DNA of 64,000 bases from Candidatus Poribacteria bacterium (GCA_964291315.2 OZ219753.1:672001-736000); one strand, 5' to 3'. Positions 41,001-49,837 are shown, counted from the stretch's first letter. Notes: generated from the letters alone by a model not told the origin. Numbers and translations are program-made.

Positions 41001-41461
41001 GAGTCTTTAAGAATGTGTGTAAGATTTAGGCTATCGTCGGGATATCGAACAGCGTGAATCTGTGGTTCGGACACTTCCAGATTCTTTACTTCAAACCTGC
41101 GGGTTAAGAGTCTAAAAAGATTGTATTTAAGAACAACTTTCCCTGTGGAGACTATAGGTGGTTTTGGTTCATTTTCCTTTGAGATCGAAATACCCGTAAT
41201 GGTAACGCTCCCGAGTATATTTCCTTTTATTTTTCCAATGTCCACAGTATAGCCGTCTGTTAGTCGATTTCTGATTTCAGCTTCCAGTTGCCCTTCTACC
41301 CAATTCAGGAAAGCCTCTGATCGGATGAAGAAAAAGGCACCACAGATAAATACTATGCTCAAAGAAACAAATATTTTAGCGAGATTTGCGGGTCTCCAAA
41401 ACTGTCTGCTCTCGCTAACACGTTCGGTGCCGGCGTTGGATTTCCTATTCTGTTTTTCCAT
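35045..41461 (-). CDS. tamB: TamB/AsmA-like translocation and assembly module protein
   Basis: 2138 aa, N-terminal TM anchor, repeated beta-taco motifs (GTxxxPxxxG), DUF490-like C-terminus ending GVDIEFKGRF, adjacent to Omp85. Confidence 0.8.
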   Translation of the reverse strand: MEKQNRKSNAGTERVSESRQFWRPANLAKIFVSLSIVFICGAFFFIRSEAFLNWVEGQLEAEIRNRLTDGYTVDIGKIKGNILGSVTITGISISKENEPKPPIVSTGKVVLKYNLFRLLTRRFEVKNLEVSEPQIHAVRYPDDSLNLTHILKDSNKSQDTSLFDFAAGHIRCNRGKFTYFDAQQNLRVAISDVSIRVNGELNTWNHDGELRIGKGSFTLNGAETAINNFDADFVLLADQSRLENFYFAFGKSELRIKADLRQGENGNAWNAVLNLELDVSDVQQFFDKDIELDGVLEATLEAEGTNSALDVKTFVASMPMLSITNAANDRKIALAELEAEARLMHSPSPTFELTNLSTKIAEGALSGSGSIILKNTPEGNILAQLKQLTTLPFIYSGQWHAAEIQVLPFLSIFAQLPEYLSDSRGHLSGTASFTGDSTNLSSLKLHGEATLAETTLNGTLIEDSTLNCTIEQGELKANANFDEAEIEVTGIFPLGQQDFLDIHAVNINIDKLTQIVNTEDIGGTGTSSAKLSSSGSLEGSLEVPNATFNNIPLGVLTSHYRYEAGKVFIENGSLTKSTIGNQQHAAESQYKSHTTINGTVEVKDDFPADFSIVADPVYIQHYPKLLLGAEHPIDGKCNGELKLDGTLTHLDGRADFRVTDSVAWGVHLDPLILPLRIEDYNISITDFKITTRGQQITMNITVAANGELDLLLQNEAPIRFEEIAKAANITDFPFEGGFDVRFVGALRQSEDADFRVELGSSDITYLDAQRGVKHLLGDATLLGKLIERKNTTGEADIYDFQGHGFDATSQISGTVSMEPDNPYRFVVESTGIDVAPFLRILHPTLNPIIGTADGHVSVRGKIADLAPTPTSAEPRKEQIYPYDVDIYIATSQLRYENPTRQEIPFTNAEPIRLHLRDDKWTIEALRLATSQDDSAFIQLAGTFNAKTEAMDLRSKTDDFALRPFAAAFGIPEEVLQTSTARYELYITGTPELPVVEAEWAIPTLTLKTEIGEIYISDASGGMVYQENVLTLDEKCAFKIFGNDVSVGGYIDIQPENVNRSELHLRADTIALDLTTFPIEVINELSSGNEITGSLEASLEIGGTIVEPHAILYAETAVQQPIRIASYIPSITLERLRVDINIDAESVHIQTLEANGQMGAGPYRAKGEAVFSRQQADTMLFELEISASQLEIGDYGIASGEVKLSGTSLEPHEITVVGKIDELVLDGYDLHLTNNAPLQFRSDPGLSITGNEETLAVEIQLQITSSLMNAALYVSMGGSLENPAITAAWNGTLNQKEWKGNVQYSSRQIEISEITLKDNLGKLTLTGVIPFDLTFTVMDISERLLTEPINLRLQGRELPLDFFPNLDILFSETDGTVDIDLALQGTSRVPHIAGSLSVEAQRLVLTNFHEPIQNMSVQLTARENVINIKTLQFKMGSGYGSLQEGQLILSGLVPEEFRLKAMRFERFPLGSTVAAALPPEAIEDIQGHLTARLETLIVPLNSFFAGMETIPLPQIREIPSLVNIAAVSTARFSIDSVRLAFKAFDRHYDFQDPQPTSIVFSNGIAALANTFNLQNQETFLIKQTFSSEDRKPDGLIGEEQIVADQTTLSVDAGSTWKTNGEFDIALRVANFDVSALTDAWPPSYRVTGVLSGTLQLSGTSENPKITLRRHASDPAELYLQDVPIDLRWRVRYQNGKWEISTKRYVEITFGENLLTFSGTIPYQLKLIPFLRRLQQIPGKVWQQIRQTPMNATLDVKVKDLNMLPLVVRGLGSATGRGDIHVELTGTIEAPQAIGSVFFNGIDLEFPDTGISVKEMEGEIRLSEKGANITECQGKLNNGNFSIQGHIAAPADRQIWQTPPVLDLSTNVTEVVFEQPETYKANLDFAELRLHGELLRPYLTGSLRINSGYYQQNWEIVQDWLTGVSIKEADVALANPILQELHLDIDVDIPSDFRVLSSITGPTDIEIACLGKLIGPINQPVFSGNVSVQSGKIGLITQPFEFIEGSRISNRSTFNFNPDLNISLRTPERIRGVLPRDESIIDIQVYAAFTGTLNNPNFTLSAPTTTTTEVLTHEEIIAFLIRNAAFSRTLGGLTFSLQRPFEEDARSIIAEYPLTNNMSIKIETNDRGEHGVDIEFKGRF

Positions 41462-41559
41462 TTTCTGTTCCTTTGGCTATTCGTTATCAGCATTTAGTGC
41501 GTAGCAGTTGCTGAATTTTACTTCTGACCACAAACTGCTGATTTCCTGACGGCTGATAG

Positions 41560-42525
41560 TTATTGCTGCCTGTTTTTTGTTTGGTGTGCGGATTCTACGA
41601 TTTCCGCGATCGTCTGTTCACAGAGTCTGCCATGTTGGGGGGCATCAGCTTGCGAATCTCGGTTGAGTCTAATCCAAAGCAGATACTCAATATTTGCGAT
41701 GTCCGTATGGATCGGCGAATAGGTCAGGTGCCTTACTGTTGCGCCGAGTCTCTGTGCAATAAAAGTCTTTAGATTATTTATTGTTTCGATGTGTACCCGT
41801 TTATCAGAAACAACCCCGCCTTTTTTGACATGCACTTTCCCCGCTTCAAATTGGGGCTTGAGGAGTGCTATAATATCAAAACAGCTATCAGGTGATGTCT
41901 TGTTGTCAGTTAAATTATCTGCTTGTTGTGTGTGAGTTCCTGTCTCCACAAGCTCTTTTTGCTGGTGTCTGATATTTGACCTTTGGCCTCTGTTTTGTTG
42001 CGTGAGAAGTGTGACGACACTCGGTAGCACTGTCCGGAGAGAAATAAAAGAGACATCAATGACGGCAATAGAGATAAAGTTTTCTGCATGGTGCGATGGC
42101 GGCGTTTCTAGCTGAGACAGCGTTAAATGCCGGATGTTTGTTCGCTCGATCAGTAGGACCTGTGGGTGTGTGCGAAGTTTCCAAGCGAGTTGTCCGTAAC
42201 CAACATCAACGGCGTAGACAAATCTTGCGCCGTGTTGCAGCAGACAATCTGTGAAGCCTCCAGTCGATGCCCCGACATCTAGGGCGACACGGTCGTATAC
42301 ATCTACACCAAATGTAGATAATGCTTTTTCCATTTTGAAACCACCACGACTCACATATTTCTGTCGCGCTAGCACGACGACCTTTGCATCGTTAGGGATA
42401 CGTTGTCCCGGCTTAATACTCGGATTGCCGTTAACCGTTACCGCCCCGGCGAGTATGAGTCGTTTTGCTTGTTCTCGACTCTGCACGAATTGATGCTCTA
42501 CCAAGAAGGTGTCTATCCGTTGCAT
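41560..42525 (-). CDS. tlyA: TlyA family rRNA (cytidine-2'-O)-methyltransferase, with internal insertion
   Basis: S4 domain, YVSRGGFK, LDVGASTGGFTD, DVSFISL, KPQFEAG. Confidence 0.93.
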   Translation of the reverse strand: MQRIDTFLVEHQFVQSREQAKRLILAGAVTVNGNPSIKPGQRIPNDAKVVVLARQKYVSRGGFKMEKALSTFGVDVYDRVALDVGASTGGFTDCLLQHGARFVYAVDVGYGQLAWKLRTHPQVLLIERTNIRHLTLSQLETPPSHHAENFISIAVIDVSFISLRTVLPSVVTLLTQQNRGQRSNIRHQQKELVETGTHTQQADNLTDNKTSPDSCFDIIALLKPQFEAGKVHVKKGGVVSDKRVHIETINNLKTFIAQRLGATVRHLTYSPIHTDIANIEYLLWIRLNRDSQADAPQHGRLCEQTIAEIVESAHQTKNRQQ

Positions 42526-42574
42526 GTTTTGTTAGTTTATAGTTCTCTAGTTTCTGCTATCCGCCGATGACGGG

Positions 42575-44425
42575 TTAGGCTATCATTTTTGCTGTACGGG
42601 CAATAGCGGTTGCGTCGCATTGACAGAGCGCGTGAAGGTGCTTGACTTCGCCATGCTCAATGAATTTGTCGGGGATCCCGAGATTCTTGACGCGTACGTT
42701 TGTGATGCCTGCTTCAGCGAGTGCCTCCAAGACTGCTCCGCCGAAACCGCCCATTACGACTCCATCTTCAACGGTAATGATTTTCCCGATACTTTCTGCA
42801 AGCGGTAATATTGTTTCAGTATCTAGAGGTTTTACAAACCGTGCGTTAACGACTGCGGCGGAAATTCCTGAATCCGCTAATGTTTGTGCTGCCTCCAATG
42901 CGGGATAGACGCGGTTGCCGATAGCGATGACTAGCACGTCTTCTCCGTCTCTAACGATCTCACTTTTTCCAATCGGGAGTGCTTTTAATTCTATTGCCAT
43001 CTTTACACCTACTCCGGTGCCGCGCGGATATCGGAACGCAATTGGTCCGCCTTCGTAAACGAGTGCGGTTTTTACCATGGCTTGTAGTTCATTTTCATCT
43101 TTGGGTGCCATGAGGACCATATTCGGGATAGAGCGCAGGTATGCGACATCGAAGACGCCGTGGTGTGTTGGTCCGTCTGCGCCGACAAGACCGCTTCTGT
43201 CCAATGCGAATATGACCGGTAGGTTTTGGATACAGACGTCGTGTAACACTTGGTCATAACTTCGTTGAAGGAAAGTGGAATAGATAGCGGCGACGGGTCG
43301 CATTCCTTGTGCTGCAAGACCTCCTGCGAATGTGACAGCGCATTGTTCCGCTAACCCGAGGTCAAAACACCTGCTGGGAAACACTTCTGCAAACTTGTCG
43401 AGTCCTGTACCGCCTGGCATTGCTGCGGTTACCCCGACGATCCGTGTGTCCCGTTTTGCTAATTCAATGAGTGTTTGACTGAACACGTCGGTATAGGTAA
43501 GTGTTGGTGTTTTTGGTTTATTTGCTTTTCCTGTTTTGAGGTTAAATGGACTGCTGACGCTATAGAATCCGATTGGGTCTGCTTCAGCTGGTGCGTAGCC
43601 GCGTCCCTTTTCGGTCACGACATGTAGTAAAATTGGGCCTGTGAGGTTTCGGATGCCGGTGAGCACGGGTATCAACGCCTCCAAATCGTTGCCATCGAGT
43701 GGTCCGAAGTATCGGAATCCGAATTCCTCGAAGAGCGTTCCTGGTTTCAGGGATGCTTCGATTTTCCGGGCTATTTGTCCGGCGTCAGCTGAGATTAGGT
43801 TCATTAATCCTTTGGCGCTGGAACGCAGGAAGTTATACTGTGGTGAGCTTGTGACTTTGTGAAAGTGTTTTGAGAAGGCTCCGACAGTTGCGGAGATCGA
43901 CATGTTGTTGTCATTGAGAATCACAACCATATCGTTTCTGAAATCGCCTGCGGCGTTGAGAGCTTCAAATGCCATTCCTCCTGTCAAGCCGCCGTCTCCG
44001 ATGATAGCGACAACTTTGTAAGTTTCATTGATAAGGTCTCGGGCTGTCGCGATGCCTAACGCGGCAGCGATAGAGGTGCTAGAGTGTCCGGCGCCGAAAA
44101 CGTCATAATCACTTTCGGTTCTACTGAGGAATCCGCTGATACCGCCGCTCTGTCGCAAGGTTGGGAATTCTTCTCTTCTACCGGTGAGCAATTTATGTGG
44201 GTAAGCTTGATGCCCGATGTCCCACACTAATTTATCGCGCGGTGTATTAAAGACGGTATGCAGTGCGATCGCCAATTCAATAGTGCCAAAATTCGGGGCG
44301 AAGTGTCCTGGGTGTTGGGAAAGCACCTCTAACAGATAGGTTCGCATTTCTTCTGCGATCGTTTTTAGCTCATCTATTTCAAGCGTTTTTAAATCTGCGG
44401 GGCTATTAATGTTTTCTAAAAGCAT
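42575..44425 (-). CDS. dxs: 1-deoxy-D-xylulose-5-phosphate synthase
   Basis: WDIGHQAYPHK, GHSSTSI, IGDGGLTGGMAFEALN, DGPTHHG, RYPRG. Confidence 0.97.
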   Translation of the reverse strand: MLLENINSPADLKTLEIDELKTIAEEMRTYLLEVLSQHPGHFAPNFGTIELAIALHTVFNTPRDKLVWDIGHQAYPHKLLTGRREEFPTLRQSGGISGFLSRTESDYDVFGAGHSSTSIAAALGIATARDLINETYKVVAIIGDGGLTGGMAFEALNAAGDFRNDMVVILNDNNMSISATVGAFSKHFHKVTSSPQYNFLRSSAKGLMNLISADAGQIARKIEASLKPGTLFEEFGFRYFGPLDGNDLEALIPVLTGIRNLTGPILLHVVTEKGRGYAPAEADPIGFYSVSSPFNLKTGKANKPKTPTLTYTDVFSQTLIELAKRDTRIVGVTAAMPGGTGLDKFAEVFPSRCFDLGLAEQCAVTFAGGLAAQGMRPVAAIYSTFLQRSYDQVLHDVCIQNLPVIFALDRSGLVGADGPTHHGVFDVAYLRSIPNMVLMAPKDENELQAMVKTALVYEGGPIAFRYPRGTGVGVKMAIELKALPIGKSEIVRDGEDVLVIAIGNRVYPALEAAQTLADSGISAAVVNARFVKPLDTETILPLAESIGKIITVEDGVVMGGFGGAVLEALAEAGITNVRVKNLGIPDKFIEHGEVKHLHALCQCDATAIARTAKMIA

Positions 44426-44568
44426 ATTTTTAAGTATGTGCTTCTGGATGGTGTTTCGGTTGTCAACACCGGTCCAAAATGGGTCAGAGAATCTGCTTTG
44501 GGTTTGAATGGTTTATTAATGTTTCTGAGTCTGCAAGGGCAACAGATGCGGTGGTTCGGGTTTAAACT

Positions 44569-44754
44569 TTAAGGGTCTGTTTCGAGAACGTTTGTTACCC
44601 GTTGTTCTGCGTCTTCGAGCATTGCCCTACACGACAAGACTAGTCCGATACCTTTCTCGAAAAGTTCCAACGAGTCCTCAAGTTGCAGATCATTACGTTG
44701 TTCTAGTTGTTCAGCTATCTTTGAGAGTTCTGCCAGTTTTTCTTCAAAAGTCAC
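44569..44754 (-). CDS. xseB: Exodeoxyribonuclease VII small subunit
   Basis: TFEEKLAEL...LEDSLELFEKGIGL...AEQRV; GGAGG RBS. Confidence 0.92.
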   Translation of the reverse strand: MTFEEKLAELSKIAEQLEQRNDLQLEDSLELFEKGIGLVLSCRAMLEDAEQRVTNVLETDP

Positions 44755-45050
44755 ATACTACCTCCGTTTATTTGGTTATTGGCAGTGGGCTGGATTTTTT
44801 CAACTCCTGGCTTAAAATTTTCAGTCACTCTATGTAAAAGACTTACCTATGCCTTTTAACTTATAGAGCTTTAAAGGTCAACTTATTTCTATAATTTACC
44901 AGAAAATAAGTTAGGTGCTACCTTTATTTCTGTTAGTAGTTTTGGACGAAAAAACGAATTTAAAAACACTTAAAGACTGACTGATCATTATGTAACAAAT
45001 TACCGATGTTGAATTAGAGGGTTTACTATGTCCATCCTATCGCTACAATA

Positions 45051-46316
45051 TTATGATCTACGAGCTGCATAAAGATAAGGATCGGCAGCGGAACAGTTCT
45101 CATTAATATACTCTCTAATTTCATCATTATCCCCGACAAGTTCAGAATCGTTCCGTTCTGTATTTGCACGACCAAAGCGATTGAGCAATTCTTGCTCATC
45201 CGGTTTTGGGTCATGGCCTACATCAAAGGTCTTTACACCTAAGAATATCACATCCTCAACAAAATAGGTTTGTGCGCTTGCTTTGCGTTGGATAAGTCCC
45301 TTAACAGAATTTGTTATACCTATTTTTATAACATTTCCCTCCGGTAATTTGATAAAGTATATGAGTGGAGTGTTTAAATCAATTTCCCAATCTTTCCCTT
45401 GAAATTCCACCTTTACAATGTGGGAAACAACTTTTGGAGGTTCAGGTTCTGGTTTAGGAGTAGATTCCGATTCAGCGATCTCGGGAGTCTCCTCCTCAAG
45501 GTCAATCGCTAAGCCCTCAACCGTCGGCATCGGCACATCAGCATCAGCCCCTCCCTCATTGACGATCTCTATTGACATCGCCTCTACATCTGATACTGCC
45601 TCATCAACAGAGTCAGTTATCTCTTCCGAAACGCTTTCTTCGGAAACCTTAGGCGGTACTGGGTCTGTATCTACTGGGTCACCAAACCGCTCGGCAAGCA
45701 CAACCTGCCGCATATTATAAACGGTTGACTTGCTCATCCCAAGCATCGCCGCAAGTTTTCTGTCATTGACGAAAGGTCTGAAATCGGGATCAAAATCATA
45801 TCTCGTCAAATTCATGACACTCAAGGCATTATACGCCGCCTTCTGCTTTTCGCCATGCGTTAGAGATAAACCATGCACATTCGAAAAACTGGCGATATAC
45901 CTTGCGGTATCTTTATAGTCATAGTCATCGGACTCATACACTTTGACTATAACATCAAAGTTTACGAACAGATCACTATATTTAAGCTCGCCCTTTTCTA
46001 ATTCATGATCGGGATTATTCTCAATCTCCGCAATCGCCGCTTTAAGCGCCGTTATGGTATGATAACCACTCGTCAAGAGATATACGCCCTCTTCTTCGGT
46101 CTCAACCGCTTCAGGCGGTCTATGCCAAACTGCTGAAAACTCTTGGTCATTCGCTATATAGTCTATGATAGACTCTTTGTAGCGATCAACCGTCTCTGCA
46201 TTTATGCACGTTCTCGGATTGATCGAATCTTCGGAATCCACATCGTCCATAATCAAACGCTCATCAAGTTCACTCGTGTGAATCTTGATTTCTCTGTAGT
46301 CCAATTCCATCGTCAT
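45051..46316 (-). CDS. Hypothetical protein: ParB-like N-domain, HTH, acidic linker, GIY-YIG/T5orf172-like C-domain
   Basis: YLLTSGYH, NVHGLSL, NDRKLAAMLGMSKSTV (HTH), IYFIK...IKIGIT...LIQR. Confidence 0.6.
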   Translation of the reverse strand: MTMELDYREIKIHTSELDERLIMDDVDSEDSINPRTCINAETVDRYKESIIDYIANDQEFSAVWHRPPEAVETEEEGVYLLTSGYHTITALKAAIAEIENNPDHELEKGELKYSDLFVNFDVIVKVYESDDYDYKDTARYIASFSNVHGLSLTHGEKQKAAYNALSVMNLTRYDFDPDFRPFVNDRKLAAMLGMSKSTVYNMRQVVLAERFGDPVDTDPVPPKVSEESVSEEITDSVDEAVSDVEAMSIEIVNEGGADADVPMPTVEGLAIDLEEETPEIAESESTPKPEPEPPKVVSHIVKVEFQGKDWEIDLNTPLIYFIKLPEGNVIKIGITNSVKGLIQRKASAQTYFVEDVIFLGVKTFDVGHDPKPDEQELLNRFGRANTERNDSELVGDNDEIREYINENCSAADPYLYAARRS

Positions 46317-46369
46317 TTTTATTTCCCTATTTGCGTTTTTTCTAGGTCGCCACCTTTATTTTTTCTATA

Positions 46370-46768
46370 CTATACTATACTATACCACTTCAACTCTTCT
46401 ACGACAGCGTTTTCCTGATTCTCGTCCCAATTAAAGCTATCCTTCGCGAAACTAACCCCTGCCCCTTCAATGTGGAGTTCACCAAATAAGCGTTGACTGC
46501 GGAAAGTATTTGGACTTCCAAAAATTTCTGATGGGAGATACTTCTCGACTATTAGACGCTTTCTTCTAAATAGTGAAAAACCAGCTCCACTCGCTACTCC
46601 CATGCTGCGGATTGCTGCAAAACCACTGACACGTATTCCTTGTATTTCAAAATCTATGGAGACTTTCCAGATTGAATTAATTTCGCAGGCATAAACACAT
46701 TTATGTCCCAAATGTGTGAGTGCTTGATGAAAACAACCCAAACCTGCAAAAAGATCAATAAATTCCAT
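46370..46768 (-). pseudogene. Fusion remnant: C5-cytosine methyltransferase N-terminus joined to a fragment of a GHKL/MORC-type ATPase
   Basis: First 31 aa are MTase motif I (FIDLFAGLG...VYACEIN) with no PCQ motif; remainder GFSLFRRKRLI...QRLFGELHI...KDSFNW. Confidence 0.6.
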
Positions 46769-46857
46769 AAAAAGTAAATCTTTTATTCAACGTTGCTGTA
46801 CCCATAAAGATGTGTTGTAAATTCAGTAAACATAAGCGTTACAACAAATTACTAAAA

Positions 46858-48105
46858 TCACTTCTTTAGTCCAACTGTTTCCTGGATTTGTTCAATACGG
46901 CATGCGAGTTTTCCGTGTGCTAACTGCACCTCAATTCTGTCATCTACGGATACCTGTTTGATTGAGGTTAATATCTCCCCACTGATTTTCTGACTGATGC
47001 TATATCCGCGTTTTAAGGTTGCTAATGGGCTGAGTGCGTTTAGACGTTCTGTGAGTACCTGGAATTCACGTTCGGCCTGGCCAAGGTGCCGATCGATAGC
47101 TGTCCTGCACGCGGTATCTAGAGCGTCTATTCTCTGATCAAGTTGATAGATTGCTTCCTTACGGCGCGTTGGAGACAGATGTGTTTCGAATTCTTGTAGG
47201 TGCGTTTTGTGCTTTTCAAAACGGTTCCGGATGAGGCGCTGAAGTAAAGCGGTGTGTGCGTCCAACCTAGCGAGGAGTTCGTCCTGATCGGGGGCGATTG
47301 CTGTGGCCGCTGCAGACGGTGTTGCTGCTCTGTGATCTGCTGCCAGATCGGAGAGGGTGTAATCTATTTCATGTCCGACGGCGGAGACAATTGGAATTGT
47401 AGAGGCGGCAATGGCGCGCACTACTATTTCTTCGTTAAATGCCCAGAGGTCTTCAAGTGAGCCGCCGCCGCGTCCTACGATTAGGATGTCTATATCATGT
47501 CGTTGGTTCAGGATTCTGATGGCATGTGCGATGCCTTCTGGTGCGCCTTCGCCTTGAACGAGCGTGGGATGCAGTAGAACTTCGGCTAACGGATAGCGTT
47601 TATCCAACTGCTGACAGATGTCTTGAAATGCTGCGCCTGTTGCTGATGTGATGACTCCGATTTTTTGCGGAAATTCTGGTAATGGTTTTTTATGTGCTTT
47701 ATCAAACAGCCCTTCTTCGGCAAGTCGCTGTTTCAGTTCCTCAAATTTTCTTTGCAAGTCGCCAATGCCTAGCGGTTGCACCTTTTTCACGGTCATCTGG
47801 TATTTGCCGTGCGGTGGGTAGACGACAATTTTTCCTTGTATCTGCACCTCCTTGCCGGCGCGGAGCAGGTGCCGAAATCGGTTTGCAATGTTCCGCCAAA
47901 GGACACAATCGATTTGGGTTTTAGCGTCCTTGAGTGTGAAATAGATATGCCCGGAACTGTGGAAGTGGCAGTTTGACACCTCTCCGCGCACTGATGCGTT
48001 TTGAAAGGGTTGGTGCTGCTCTATCAGGTGTTTCAAGAGGTTCGTTATTTCAGTGACACTATGGACAGTGTTTGTTGGTATGGACATTTCAATCTGTATT
48101 TGCAT
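46858..48105 (-). CDS. xseA: Exodeoxyribonuclease VII large subunit
   Basis: GEVSN, SGHIYFTLKD, RGGGSLEDLWAFN, VSAVGHEID, TPSAAA. Confidence 0.96.
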   Translation of the reverse strand: MQIQIEMSIPTNTVHSVTEITNLLKHLIEQHQPFQNASVRGEVSNCHFHSSGHIYFTLKDAKTQIDCVLWRNIANRFRHLLRAGKEVQIQGKIVVYPPHGKYQMTVKKVQPLGIGDLQRKFEELKQRLAEEGLFDKAHKKPLPEFPQKIGVITSATGAAFQDICQQLDKRYPLAEVLLHPTLVQGEGAPEGIAHAIRILNQRHDIDILIVGRGGGSLEDLWAFNEEIVVRAIAASTIPIVSAVGHEIDYTLSDLAADHRAATPSAAATAIAPDQDELLARLDAHTALLQRLIRNRFEKHKTHLQEFETHLSPTRRKEAIYQLDQRIDALDTACRTAIDRHLGQAEREFQVLTERLNALSPLATLKRGYSISQKISGEILTSIKQVSVDDRIEVQLAHGKLACRIEQIQETVGLKK

Positions 48106-48215
48106 CTGTGTGTTTATTTAACGAAACCTCTCAATATTTGGTTTACGGTTATGCGGTGTGTACTGTGCATTTTAAAAGTTTGTAGTGTGTGTGGGTGCGT
48201 TTTATCGAATCTCCA

Positions 48216-48992
48216 TTAGAATTGATATTGATGTGGCGTGATGCTGAGGGCCATTCCTGTGTTTTCGTCGAGTTCTATTTCGGCTGCACAAAGTTTAACG
48301 TTGTCTTTCGCGATGACGAAGCGTTTGGGCATCATTGTCAAAAATCCGTCGACTACTTCCTCGATGCGTGTGCCGATGACGGAGTCGTGTGGTCCTGTCA
48401 TACCGACGTCTGTAATGTAAGCGGTGCCTTCGGGAAGGATGCGTGCGTCGGCTGTCTGGACGTGTGTATGTGTGCCGATGACTGCTCCGGCTCTTCCGTC
48501 GGCGTGCCAGCCCATAGCGATTTTCTCGGATGTTGCTTCGGCATGGAAGTCGAGGAGGATGTACGGTGTCACTGTTTCCATTTCAAGCAGGATTTTATTG
48601 AGGGCATGAAACGGGTTGGTGTATCTATTCATGAAAATTTGTCCTGCGAGGTTGATGACAGCGAGCTGGGTTTGTTCATCATCAGAGGTGGCGACTGTTA
48701 CGCCGCGTCCTGGCACTTCTGCGGGATAGTTTGCGGGGCGTATCAGCTGTGGGGTTGTGTCTATAAAATCTAAAACTTCTCTTTTATCCCAAACGTGGTT
48801 TCCGGTTGTAATTACAGAGACTCCGGAGGCTAAGAGTTGGTCTACGATTTCGAAGGTCAATCCTTTACCGCCTGCTGCATTTTCTCCATTGGCAACAATA
48901 AAATCGTATTCGTGTCGGTGTTGCCTGAGAAATTGTGTTGTTGCTGCTCTTCCTGGATTTCCGACAATGTCTCCGATAAACAGTATTTTCAT
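48216..48992 (-). CDS. ymdB: YmdB-like metallophosphoesterase (TIGR00282 family)
   Basis: FIGDIVG, NGENAAGG, TTGNH, DFHAEATSEK, GTHTHV, TDVGMTG. Confidence 0.92.
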   Translation of the reverse strand: MKILFIGDIVGNPGRAATTQFLRQHRHEYDFIVANGENAAGGKGLTFEIVDQLLASGVSVITTGNHVWDKREVLDFIDTTPQLIRPANYPAEVPGRGVTVATSDDEQTQLAVINLAGQIFMNRYTNPFHALNKILLEMETVTPYILLDFHAEATSEKIAMGWHADGRAGAVIGTHTHVQTADARILPEGTAYITDVGMTGPHDSVIGTRIEEVVDGFLTMMPKRFVIAKDNVKLCAAEIELDENTGMALSITPHQYQF

Positions 48993-49094
48993 TTTTTTGT
49001 CACTTTCTGTAAAGTGTCCGTGCTGCTTGCGTTATCCCAGACCGATGGTTTCCAATGGTCCGATTATGGGGCATAATATCCCGGCCGTGCCCCT

Positions 49095-49622
49095 TCAACT
49101 GCCCGCTGTTTCCAATGCTGCGAGAGTGAAGACGGGTGTGAAGGAGCAGCCGAGTGCTTCGATTTTTTCTGCGCCGCCTGCTTGTCGGTCAATAACTGCT
49201 ATGACGTGTTCTACTGTGTAGCCTGCGTTTCGAATCTGCTTGATAGATGTGCAGACTTGTCCTGCTGTTGTGATCACGTCCTCTATGACGACGAGGTTGC
49301 TGTGTGTTTTTGCTCCGCCCTCTATGAGGTTGCAAGTGCCGTAGTTTTTGGGTTCTTTCCGGACGTAGAAACAGGGGATTCCTGTGTGCAATGAGACGGC
49401 GGTTGCGAGGGGGATGCCTCCTAATTCTAGGCCTGCTAGGCCGTCACAGTTTGTTGGTAGTAATGTCGCTATTTCTGCAGCGGTTGCGGCGAGCAGTTTG
49501 GGGTCGCTCTCAAATCGGTATTTATCCCAATAAAAATCACTGGTATTCCCGGAACGGAGTTTGAATTTTCCTGTGAGGTATGAAACGGCGCGGATTTGTT
49601 TAGCGAGTTGTGTTTTGTTCAT
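49095..49622 (-). CDS. pyrE: Orotate phosphoribosyltransferase
   Basis: GKFKLRSG, VRKEPKNYGT, PRPP motif VVIEDVITTAG. Confidence 0.92.
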   Translation of the reverse strand: MNKTQLAKQIRAVSYLTGKFKLRSGNTSDFYWDKYRFESDPKLLAATAAEIATLLPTNCDGLAGLELGGIPLATAVSLHTGIPCFYVRKEPKNYGTCNLIEGGAKTHSNLVVIEDVITTAGQVCTSIKQIRNAGYTVEHVIAVIDRQAGGAEKIEALGCSFTPVFTLAALETAGS

Positions 49623-49707
49623 TTTTTAGATCGACTGCTGGCTGTGAGTGTGCGGCTCCTTGTAATATTTTTGATAGGGTTGTTGTCCCTCAAAAAGCAA
49701 TAAAAAC

Positions 49708-49736
49708 TTGACATTATGCATTATTTGCTATAAAAT
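49708..49736 (+). promoter_or_regulatory. Orphan sigma-70-like promoter pointing antisense into the selD 3' end
   Basis: TTGACA-N17-TAAAAT with an A-rich upstream element. Confidence 0.4.
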
Positions 49737-49837
49737 AGCGGTATTAAAGCTATAAGATAGCGTTGCGGGCGAAAAATTATCATAATGCTATAGTATTATT
49801 AACATTTTATTCGATAGCATTATTGGTTTGTTTTGTC

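Noticed and set aside
48189-48773. 194-aa Cys-rich plus-strand ORF
   Set aside because: Antisense shadow of ymdB; Cys/Val richness follows from the G+T strand bias.
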